DNA of 64,000 nt, from the NCBI GenBank assembly GCA_001643675.2, contig LSRY02000023.1, positions 62,001 through 126,000 of the forward strand. The letters are read 5' to 3'. This document shows, in pieces, positions 1-8,899 of this stretch; the stretch's first letter is position 1; every line of letters begins with the position of its first letter. Below the pieces are notes generated by a model, which saw nothing but the letters and a program-made list of their open reading frames with translations, was not told the DNA's origin and searched no databases. This DNA is from Monocercomonoides exilis PA203. Taxonomy: Eukaryota > Protista > Preaxostyla. Position numbers and translations under genes: made by a program.

Positions 1-57
1 ACCAACATAAATGAGATTTGATCAATGTCATAAAATAAAAAATTCGAGTTGATAAGC

Positions 58-3000
58 ATGGAATTACGTCTCAAACGAAAAACATGCACCACACTTTACA
101 CGCTTTTTTGTGTTTCTATAGTTTTTCACGCAATTTTCTGCAATGAAAAAGCGAGCTACGATGCCGATGCGATCAAAAAGAACGATTTTCAAGATAATAA
201 CATTGGAAGCCTTGGAGACACAAGCGAGAAGCGCAAAAATGCACCATCCTCGCGCACATCAAATGCAATCAGTGTGGCGAAGCCTAATGTGGTGCAGGAT
301 TTGGATTCATCTGGCTGGCCACGAAATACAGAAAAACGCTTAAAACGATTGCCGGTGGATGCAGAGAGGGCATTTTGTTATAAATTTCCTGCTGGCCTTG
401 CCAATGATGATAAGTACAAATGGAGCTTGATTTGGAGCCAGATGAAGGTTCTGAACTCGTCGTTGGCTGTTGAGCGAATAAATATCATCCAAAATGGCAC
501 ATGTGCGATATCTGTGAGAAATGAATTTTCTTTGCTATACGTTAGTGACTGCACGATAAGCGTGGTGACAGAAACAGAAGACTCTGCTTTTGAGTGTGCA
601 GGAGGAACAATACGAATGGCGAATATTTCTTTCCGAAGTCCCTTTCCGCAGCAAGCGCAGCCATCTCTTGTTTCAGCAGGAATATCCGCACAGCGTTTGA
701 CAGGGAGCGCTCATGTTTTGTGCTGCACATTTTCTTCGTTCTGTGCCTCGTCTGCGAATCCGTTCATTGGCGATGTCGATTTGTCATTTGCCTCAGCTTC
801 TTTTTGCAGCTTCCACAATGTGTCTGCTCGGAGCAGCAACAAAAACTCTCCACAAAGGCATTCTTTGCAGGAGAGCAAAATCGAAGGATGCACGGTCTCC
901 GATTGTGTTTGTCCAATTTATGGCGTTCTCATCTCTGGCTCTCGTGGATGTGGTTTCAGCTCCTCGAACACTTCTTTCATTCGTTCGAGAAACACCATTT
1001 CTCATCAGAACTTCACGAATGAAGCACAATCATTTTCAGAAGGTGATATCAAATTCGAAGATTGCAATTTCACCGAATGCAGCGCTGTTCATGGTGGTGC
1101 AATTGCAGTTAAAGGCGGAGCAAAGCTCACTGTTGACAAATGCTCATTTTCTGAATGCACCGATACATTTGATGGTTATTATGGCTATGGAGGTGCAATA
1201 TTTAGCAATGAAAGCGATTGTATGATTGAGAATTCAATGTTTAATTGTTGCAGAGGAACGGGAGCCATTTCTATCGGAGGAGCGTTTACTCATCTTTCAA
1301 ATAATTTTTCTCTGATAATTGGCTGTTCTTTTGAAAACTGTTCAGCAGCTTTTGGAGGAAGTGTTGCATGGGAAGAAGGAGCAAGTGGATCAATTTACAA
1401 CTCTGTCTTCAAAAACAGCAAAGCAATTTCAATTTATGCTGGAACAGTTTTTCTTCAAGAACCAAGGACTGATTTCGTGATGTCAAATTGTTACTTATTA
1501 AAAGGAGATTCGCAATTAGGAGCAGGAGGCTTTGACACTTCCGAAAATATCTTTAATAAGCAAGAGAAAATTCAGTTTTGCTTGTTTGAAAACAATACAG
1601 TGAATAAATCGACACATGCAGCAGATATTTATATTGGAAAAGGATTTAGCTTGACAAATACAATTCAGATATTGGAATGCTTTTCTCTTTCAACAGCTCC
1701 AAGGAAAGTCGTGCAATGCATTGCATATGCATTGGACTGCGGAGATAAAGGCGTTCAATATGATTCATATCTGCCAACAGCTCAGCCAGAAATACACATC
1801 AGCAATTCTGGAAGAAATATGGACACATGTGGAGGAACAGGCTCGGAATGCCAAACGGTGGAATATGGAGTGACAAGATGGAATTCATATTTGGGGCAGA
1901 ATGTTTTTATGGCCAATGAAGAATTTGAAGAAGACATGATTGAAATCGACTGGAGAAACATCGTTCTCAGCGGAGCAGAGAACAACGCATCAGCAATAAA
2001 GTGCCTCGAAGCCTCATCAACAGAATGTTTGATCTCCATTGGGAATGGCTCACTGAATGCAAAGAAGATTTCCTTTGCTTGCGTGTTCAACCGATCTGCA
2101 ATCACAATCAGCTCATCTGGTTCAATTATGTTGGAACTGTGCAGTTTCACCAAAAGCGCCCAATCGACTCAACCCTCAACAAAATCCTTGATTCAGGTTG
2201 AAGAAGGCTCTTTAATGATGGAATTTGTGAATGTCTCTGGGTTTTCATTTTCGCAAGGCTGTGCAATTGCTTTGTCGGATTGCAAATTTGTCTCTCTTTC
2301 GAATGCTTCTTTTTGGGATGTTGAGAGCGAGCAGAATGGCGGATGCCTGAATGCAGTGTGGAGCGAAGGGTTTGAGGATGCATGCACTGCCTCAATAAAT
2401 GGATGCGCCTTTGAACATTGTGTTGTTTCTGGGGATGGGAATGGAGGCGGGGCGCTGTTCCTCTCTTTGAAAAGTTCGTGTTCAGCAACAATTACGGAAT
2501 GTTCGTTCGAAGAATGCGAGGCGCCTTTCGATTCGCAGGTGGGATTCGGGGGAGGGATCTTTCTGAATCTTGAGCACTCCGATGCAGCATTTACCATCAC
2601 ATCTCCTTCATTTTCGTCAGAAAAGCCAAACAAAGCGAAGCATGGAAACGACTTGTTTGTCCAATCGCCATACCTGAAGGAATCGATCACGAACGAGACG
2701 CTTCCTTTTGCTTATGCGCTTGGACACGGCTCCTTTGATGACTTGCGCGGGTTCCATGGAAATGATCATGAACATTCGATTCCGTTGGTTCTGTTTCTGG
2801 AGGAAGTTGGGAGCACAATCCATGTTGGAAGCGAGGATGGTGCTGATACTGTGGTGTGCGGATTCTCGGATTATCCATGCCAGTCGGTTGATTATTGCAT
2901 GGAGAGACTGGCAGAGGTGAGTGCAAAGGCAATAGCTGTCGTTGAATCAGTGATAATTGAGAGCGAACTGAAACAGCCAGATTTAATCTTGAGATCATCA

Positions 3001-6000
3001 AACGCTTCAAAAGCTGGAATCACTTGTGCCAAATCGCTGAATACACTGACTGGAAAAGCGATGACAGCCACAGGGAATGTATCCATCGAGCTAATCCGCT
3101 TTTTGCTTCCATCTTCGTTTGATTCTGAGATAGAAACGCTGATATTCTTGTCTTCTGAGAGCAGCCTGTCGCTGACAAAGTGCGCGTTCGAGATGCAGGT
3201 GGGGGAGCTGAACCAGATGAGCTATTGGCTGTTTCAGATGAGCGGAGGAAGTCTCAATATGAACGAGTGCCTGTTGAGTTCAGCGAATCTTCAGCATGCG
3301 CCTATCGCAGTGAGTGAGAGCACAGCCAGCACACCAACAACGGCTATTTCATTGAATGTGAAAAACTCAGACATTGGCGATCAGCCTCTCATCGGTGTGA
3401 TTCCATCGTCAACATCCAAACAGCTGAACGATGGTACGAAGAGTGATGGGGTCGTCTCTCTTTCCCAATGCTCTTTTGAAGGGATCACCAACGGCGATGC
3501 AAACAGCGCTGTGTTAATTGCATCCTCAATTTCAAGCCATGTTGAGTGCTTGCACTGGAATGTCACGAATGCCAAAGGCGCTGAGAGCATGGAGGGAGGC
3601 GCGATGAAAATTGTTATCGAAGCCGAATCCCAATTCATGATGGAGAACGCCACATTCACGAAATGCTGTGCTGAAAGTGAAGCAGGTGGAAAAGGAGGAG
3701 GGGTCTATTTCGACTGCTCAGCTTCCAATGCATTTTCCTTCCGCCAGATGGCTTTCGATCAGTGCTCTGCAAAACACGGGAAAAACATGTTCTTTTTCTC
3801 GTCAGACCTGAATGTTTCGATCACAAAACAGTCATTGGCATTTGAAGTGAGTGAGACAGCAGGCGATGCAAATCTGCTCGTCGGGAGCGACTCCACAAAA
3901 ACTGACTTCGATCTGTGCCGATTTCTGATTGAATTTGCTTCACAAGAAATCCATCTCAGCAGGAACAGCGGGTGGGACGTCCTGCGGTGTGGGAGTGGAG
4001 AAGAGCCATGTGCAACAATGGAGTATGGGCAGAAGCACTTTCGTGCGTTGGATGAGCCAGCGCAACCAAACATGAGCACTTTTGTGATCATCGATGAAGT
4101 TCAAGTGGATTGCGAAGTCGACATTTCAGACATCGTTCTGACCTCCACTGATGCCGAGTCATGCCCAACTCTAACTTTTGGAGCAGCCATTTCTCCTCAG
4201 GCAGAAAAGCCAGAAGAAGGCGATTGTGTGCTTGCAAACAATGGAAAATGCTCCTTGATGAACATTGAGATCTGCTGCAGGGATGGCTCTGGGTGGAAAC
4301 AGACGAAGCTGATAAGCACTGGTGGCAGCTCCTTTGCCGCTCAAGGCTGCTCCTTCACCAGCACCTCCGACACCCCCATTCGTTATTGCATCGTTGCCTG
4401 CCTGTCTGGAACATGCGAATTGTCATTCTGCTCGTTCCAGTCCATCAAAGCCGAAAGTCACATTCTGATAGCCTCTCATGAGAGCAGCATTGACTGGACG
4501 AATGTTTCGATGAGCAACATGGAGCTGATGGGCAAAAGCATTGTGGCAGTGCTGGCGCAGGCAGAATTGCGAGGCGAGCCACAGATGTTGAATGAAGGCG
4601 ACAGTCCAAGAGTTGAGCTGAAATGCTGCACGCTTTTCTCGCTTCGCCAAAGTGCTCCTTCTGAGCCGTCGATCATCAGCTGCTGTGGAAGCGAGCCTTC
4701 CAGCGTGCTTGTCCAAAACACGTCGATCAAGAGCAGCGGAAGCAGCCTGAGCGAGAATGGCGGATGCATTGCCATGAAATTGAGCGAAGGAGGATATTTT
4801 GAGTGCCGTTTTTCCACAATCTCAGGATGCTTCTGCTCGGCGACTGGCAGAGGAGGCGCGATGTTCCTGGATTGTTCTTCGATTACAAGTGATGGGCTGC
4901 TTCCTTTCCTGTTGAAAAACACGACGTTCATGGAGAACAAAGCTTTCAGGGGAAGAGACGTGTATGTGAAATGTGCGAATGTTGAAGCTCAAATCGGGGC
5001 GGAGCTGTTCGAGCTCGACTTCAGGCCACCGTTTGTTCGGGAATTTGCGATGTGGGGATGCACTGCACCCGACTATGCGGACGAGCAAGATCTGCTGCTG
5101 CTTGTGGTTGTGTATCAGAGCGAGACGATATTTGCGTCTTCAACAGCGGACAACGCGTCTGATTCGCGGCAGTGTGGTGGGATGAGCGGGCCTTGCATTT
5201 CGGTGAATGTTGCGCTGGCACACGTCATTCCTTCTGTTTACAGCAATTTGCTGATCGACAAACGGGCTGCGGTGTCGGGGGAAGCAAGCGCTTGCGATGT
5301 CTCGATGAAGTCGCTGTCTGCAGAAGGGGAAAGAGGGAATATTGTGCTGAACAGCAGCATAGGAAGCAAGAGGAGCAGTCTCGTTTCGTGCTCGTCGAGA
5401 GTGAAAATGGAATCTCTTTCGTTTTTGTTTGGGAGCGCTTTTTCTTCTTCGCATTCCAGCTTGTTATTGCTGGCTGATGGCAACTTGTCGATTGCAGACA
5501 CAACATTTGCTCAAGAAGATTGGAGCGGAAGCTCTGAAACGAGGCTGAACTGCTCTGTCATTCTTGTGGAGAATGGGAGGCTGTCGATCAACAGATGCAC
5601 TTTTGCTTCTCTCCGTCTCAGTTCTTCGTGTGTTGCAGCAAGAGGGGGAGGACAATACTGCACGTTTATGGACTTGAACATTTCTGATGTGAATTGTGGA
5701 GAGTTATTTGATTTCAGCAATCTCACAAACCTGTCCATGTTGCAAGTGCTTGTTTCCAGCTGCATGTTTGATCGATCGGCTCTCATCCTTCGGAGCTGCA
5801 AAGACTCTCAGCTGCAGAAGGTTCAAGTCAAGAATGCAGAGAGCAAAGCAAGCTTGATTGTGTTTTGCTCAGACGGTTCAGGAGGCCATTCAAACATCCA
5901 GTGCAGCCACGTGGAACTCGACGATATACGCGTTTCAAAGGAATCGTTGCTTTCTGTTGAATGCGAAGATGCGAATGTTGAGATGAATTTCTTGGCCATT

Positions 6001-8412
6001 TGCAACGCGATGCTTGGAGAAGGGTGTGCAGTGAGTGTGGCATCAAACGCTTCGACATTCCGGCTGAAGCAGTCATCGTATCGAAACATTACCAGAAATT
6101 CGCTTGGACCGTGCTGTTTGGCTGCTTCTTCTTCATCTTCTTCATCTTCTTCATCTTCGTCTTTGTTGGTGGAGTTGGAGAACTGCACCAGCCAAAAATG
6201 CATCTCATCCTCAGAAAAGGGGAGAATTGCAGCTCTGACAGACTTAACAGATGTTAACTTATCTTCATGTTTATTTGATGGAGCAGCGAATGTGCAGCAT
6301 TTTGGAGTCAACGAAGATAGTTTCGAAAATGTGTGCCGGTGGAATGGGTCGATGGTTGATCTTCAGAATTGTTCTGGGCTGATGAAGGATTCGACACTGG
6401 CAAATTCAGAAAATGGAGGGCTTTCGTTGTCAGGTGGAAGTGTGGAGATATATGATGGGAGATTTGAGAACAACAATCCATCAATAGCGAATTATGGGTC
6501 GGCACGAAGAAACATTCTGTGTGGAAACTCAGCAAAATTGAAAGTTGCGAGCTTGAAAGGAGGGGATGGAGTGAAGGACAATACCTCTTTGTGGATATTG
6601 GATGAAGGATGCACGCTGGAAGGGATTGCAGGAGAAAGAGAATCACCATTTTTCATCCCGAGGGTGGAGAGCGTGTCATCGGAAAAGTCAGAGGAGAAGG
6701 TGGATGTTGTGTTCAGAGGATTGGTTCTCCTCCCTTGCAACCTCTCGTTCAAGACAGTTGCAGCGATTGGGGATGAGGAGGTGGTTGAGAAGTATTCGTT
6801 TGATGAAAGCGGTTTCATATCCGAAGAAGAGGTGCATGGGTCTGTTCCTACCAAGACAATTGAAGGGGTGGCAAGTGAAGCAGAAGTGAGAGTGAGCATG
6901 CTATTTGGGAGTGCTGATAAACCATCATCAACTGATTCATTTATCCTGAAGAACAAAAGCGAATCTCGGACAAATGGAAATGAAAAACTTGCTGAAGGAG
7001 GAAAAGAAGGGAAATCGATCTGGCCGATTATTGTTGTTATATTGGCTGTGATGTTTCTAATTGTTCTTGTTGTTTCGATTACGTTGGGGGTCAGATGGAG
7101 AAAGCAAAAGAGAAGAACAGAAGAATTGGAGATAATTGTGGAAGACACAGTGAAAAAGGATCCGAAGCTGATTGAGATGATGACGATGGAGATGTCGCCA
7201 GAGGAGCAATGGCGAAGAGCAGAGAGAGAGGCAGAGAAGAAAAACGAGGAGAATGCAAAGAGGAGGATGTGTGGAAAGAAGATGGTGCATTCGGAGTCTG
7301 AAGAGTATTTGCTGAGCGAGAGTGGATCAACAGAATACATTCTTGGGAAAGATTCAGACAAGATCCCAGAATGGATGCTGGAGAAGGTTGAGGAAGAAGA
7401 GACAAGAAAGAGATCACCATCACCATCCATTTCATCAACTTCAACAACAGACACTTCGGACACAGACACAACATTTGTTCGATCGGAGGGTCTGTGCCCC
7501 ACCACCTCATCGATGTCGAATCTGGTGGATGCGATGGCCTGCTCGTCTCCACATGAGAAGCTGATTGTGGATTTGAGAGATTCGTTGTTTATGTTGTTGC
7601 ATGGGCGGAACGAGAAGAAGGAAATGGCTATTGGCACTCTTCAGCAAAGAGAGCAGACAGCTGCGCAGATCCTGTTCTGGGTGGCTAATCTCGCGCTGCA
7701 CGTCTTCGACGAAATGGAAAACACTCTTTCATCTCTTTCCAATCTGAGTTCGCTCATTGTTCTTTTCTCAGAGCACATGGTGATCTGCATTGCCCTCCAC
7801 TCGGACTGCTCTTCTTCCGATGATTCGGATTCGTCGTCTGTTTTTTCTTCGTCGTCCATTGTGACATCTGCGTCTGATTGCTCATGTGCGAATAAGAAAG
7901 GAAGAGGCTCGCCTCCGCCTTCGTCAGCGTTTGAAGATGATGAGGACAACAAATTAGAAAGCTTGAGGTGGAAGGCGCCAGAGCTGCTGATGAACAAGAA
8001 GATGGGAGCAACGAAGAAGTCAGTGGCATTCTCGATTGGGATGATGCTGTGGGAGTGCCTGACGCTGGAGATCCCGTTTGGGGAGTATGAGGCAGGGACA
8101 GCAGGAGACAAGATTGTGAATGGGGAGAGGCCTGCAAATGGAGCAGAAAGGGAGTCATCGTTGTTTGAGTGCATGAGGTCGTGCTTGAGCCAAGAAGCAG
8201 CAGACCGGCCGAAGCTGATGGAGTTGAAGCGGGAGTTCATCCAGCGATTTCCGCCAGGGGCAGTGGCAGTAACGATTTCTGATGCAGTTGATTATGAATG
8301 CTTTTCGAATTGTGTGGAGGGAAATGAAGAGAGCAAAGAAAGCGATGGATCTGATGGATCTGATGGATCTGATGGGAGCAGTTCAAAGACGCTTCTTGTT
8401 AAAGAAAAATGA
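58..8412 (+). CDS. Giant single-pass receptor-like protein (~2784 aa): Cys-rich Pmp/beta-helix-like repeat ectodomain, TM helix, degenerate TK/TKL-like pseudokinase (copy A)
   Basis: Intronless ORF. ATG at 58 aligns with the ATG of the inverted copy. It has an N-terminal hydrophobic stretch, GGA(I/L/M) + FxxC/N repeats, ~5 'G.D...CG....PC' modules and a TM (IWPIIVVILAVMFLIVLVVSITLGV-RWRKQKRR). The C-terminus has kinase C-lobe motifs (RWKAPE, FSIGMMLWE, IPF, GERP) but no GxGxxG, HRD or DFG. Confidence 0.9.
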   Translation: MELRLKRKTCTTLYTLFCVSIVFHAIFCNEKASYDADAIKKNDFQDNNIGSLGDTSEKRKNAPSSRTSNAISVAKPNVVQDLDSSGWPRNTEKRLKRLPVDAERAFCYKFPAGLANDDKYKWSLIWSQMKVLNSSLAVERINIIQNGTCAISVRNEFSLLYVSDCTISVVTETEDSAFECAGGTIRMANISFRSPFPQQAQPSLVSAGISAQRLTGSAHVLCCTFSSFCASSANPFIGDVDLSFASASFCSFHNVSARSSNKNSPQRHSLQESKIEGCTVSDCVCPIYGVLISGSRGCGFSSSNTSFIRSRNTISHQNFTNEAQSFSEGDIKFEDCNFTECSAVHGGAIAVKGGAKLTVDKCSFSECTDTFDGYYGYGGAIFSNESDCMIENSMFNCCRGTGAISIGGAFTHLSNNFSLIIGCSFENCSAAFGGSVAWEEGASGSIYNSVFKNSKAISIYAGTVFLQEPRTDFVMSNCYLLKGDSQLGAGGFDTSENIFNKQEKIQFCLFENNTVNKSTHAADIYIGKGFSLTNTIQILECFSLSTAPRKVVQCIAYALDCGDKGVQYDSYLPTAQPEIHISNSGRNMDTCGGTGSECQTVEYGVTRWNSYLGQNVFMANEEFEEDMIEIDWRNIVLSGAENNASAIKCLEASSTECLISIGNGSLNAKKISFACVFNRSAITISSSGSIMLELCSFTKSAQSTQPSTKSLIQVEEGSLMMEFVNVSGFSFSQGCAIALSDCKFVSLSNASFWDVESEQNGGCLNAVWSEGFEDACTASINGCAFEHCVVSGDGNGGGALFLSLKSSCSATITECSFEECEAPFDSQVGFGGGIFLNLEHSDAAFTITSPSFSSEKPNKAKHGNDLFVQSPYLKESITNETLPFAYALGHGSFDDLRGFHGNDHEHSIPLVLFLEEVGSTIHVGSEDGADTVVCGFSDYPCQSVDYCMERLAEVSAKAIAVVESVIIESELKQPDLILRSSNASKAGITCAKSLNTLTGKAMTATGNVSIELIRFLLPSSFDSEIETLIFLSSESSLSLTKCAFEMQVGELNQMSYWLFQMSGGSLNMNECLLSSANLQHAPIAVSESTASTPTTAISLNVKNSDIGDQPLIGVIPSSTSKQLNDGTKSDGVVSLSQCSFEGITNGDANSAVLIASSISSHVECLHWNVTNAKGAESMEGGAMKIVIEAESQFMMENATFTKCCAESEAGGKGGGVYFDCSASNAFSFRQMAFDQCSAKHGKNMFFFSSDLNVSITKQSLAFEVSETAGDANLLVGSDSTKTDFDLCRFLIEFASQEIHLSRNSGWDVLRCGSGEEPCATMEYGQKHFRALDEPAQPNMSTFVIIDEVQVDCEVDISDIVLTSTDAESCPTLTFGAAISPQAEKPEEGDCVLANNGKCSLMNIEICCRDGSGWKQTKLISTGGSSFAAQGCSFTSTSDTPIRYCIVACLSGTCELSFCSFQSIKAESHILIASHESSIDWTNVSMSNMELMGKSIVAVLAQAELRGEPQMLNEGDSPRVELKCCTLFSLRQSAPSEPSIISCCGSEPSSVLVQNTSIKSSGSSLSENGGCIAMKLSEGGYFECRFSTISGCFCSATGRGGAMFLDCSSITSDGLLPFLLKNTTFMENKAFRGRDVYVKCANVEAQIGAELFELDFRPPFVREFAMWGCTAPDYADEQDLLLLVVVYQSETIFASSTADNASDSRQCGGMSGPCISVNVALAHVIPSVYSNLLIDKRAAVSGEASACDVSMKSLSAEGERGNIVLNSSIGSKRSSLVSCSSRVKMESLSFLFGSAFSSSHSSLLLLADGNLSIADTTFAQEDWSGSSETRLNCSVILVENGRLSINRCTFASLRLSSSCVAARGGGQYCTFMDLNISDVNCGELFDFSNLTNLSMLQVLVSSCMFDRSALILRSCKDSQLQKVQVKNAESKASLIVFCSDGSGGHSNIQCSHVELDDIRVSKESLLSVECEDANVEMNFLAICNAMLGEGCAVSVASNASTFRLKQSSYRNITRNSLGPCCLAASSSSSSSSSSSSLLVELENCTSQKCISSSEKGRIAALTDLTDVNLSSCLFDGAANVQHFGVNEDSFENVCRWNGSMVDLQNCSGLMKDSTLANSENGGLSLSGGSVEIYDGRFENNNPSIANYGSARRNILCGNSAKLKVASLKGGDGVKDNTSLWILDEGCTLEGIAGERESPFFIPRVESVSSEKSEEKVDVVFRGLVLLPCNLSFKTVAAIGDEEVVEKYSFDESGFISEEEVHGSVPTKTIEGVASEAEVRVSMLFGSADKPSSTDSFILKNKSESRTNGNEKLAEGGKEGKSIWPIIVVILAVMFLIVLVVSITLGVRWRKQKRRTEELEIIVEDTVKKDPKLIEMMTMEMSPEEQWRRAEREAEKKNEENAKRRMCGKKMVHSESEEYLLSESGSTEYILGKDSDKIPEWMLEKVEEEETRKRSPSPSISSTSTTDTSDTDTTFVRSEGLCPTTSSMSNLVDAMACSSPHEKLIVDLRDSLFMLLHGRNEKKEMAIGTLQQREQTAAQILFWVANLALHVFDEMENTLSSLSNLSSLIVLFSEHMVICIALHSDCSSSDDSDSSSVFSSSSIVTSASDCSCANKKGRGSPPPSSAFEDDEDNKLESLRWKAPELLMNKKMGATKKSVAFSIGMMLWECLTLEIPFGEYEAGTAGDKIVNGERPANGAERESSLFECMRSCLSQEAADRPKLMELKREFIQRFPPGAVAVTISDAVDYECFSNCVEGNEESKESDGSDGSDGSDGSSSKTLLVKEK

Positions 8413-8899
8413 GATTGTGGAATTAAAAAAAAATACATTTTCTTTCTTTCTTTTTTATTGAAATGCATTTTGCATTTATTGTTTGCGTGCGTGAATATTC
8501 AACAACTTATTATTCGTTCGAAATATATTTTACAATTTTTTTGTTTCATCTTTTTCGTTTTTTATCGCAAATTGTATTTTTTCGTTGATGTTGATGGGTG
8601 GTTTATATAATATTATATTATATATTTATATATGTACTTCCAATTACAATTCTTATTCACCCTTCCTGTGACAATTAGCACAAACACACCACCAGCTTGT
8701 TGAGTTGAAGAGTATGTCAGTTTTCTTGAAAGGAAAATGCTCTTTTCGCAATTGCTGATATCTTTTTCAATTCATCAACAGCACACACCAAAAATAATAC
8801 AAAACAAGAATTTTTGCAATCGAATTAACAGTTTCGAAAACAATCAATGCGAAATTGATATGACAAAGAAGCTTGTTTATTTGCAAAAAAATAAAATAA

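Noticed and set aside
6492-7637. Long antisense ORFs inside the giant genes (also 28089-29249, 50775-52382, 39141-39923)
   Set aside because: Shadow frames of Glu/Lys/Ser-biased sense coding, with no independent motifs.
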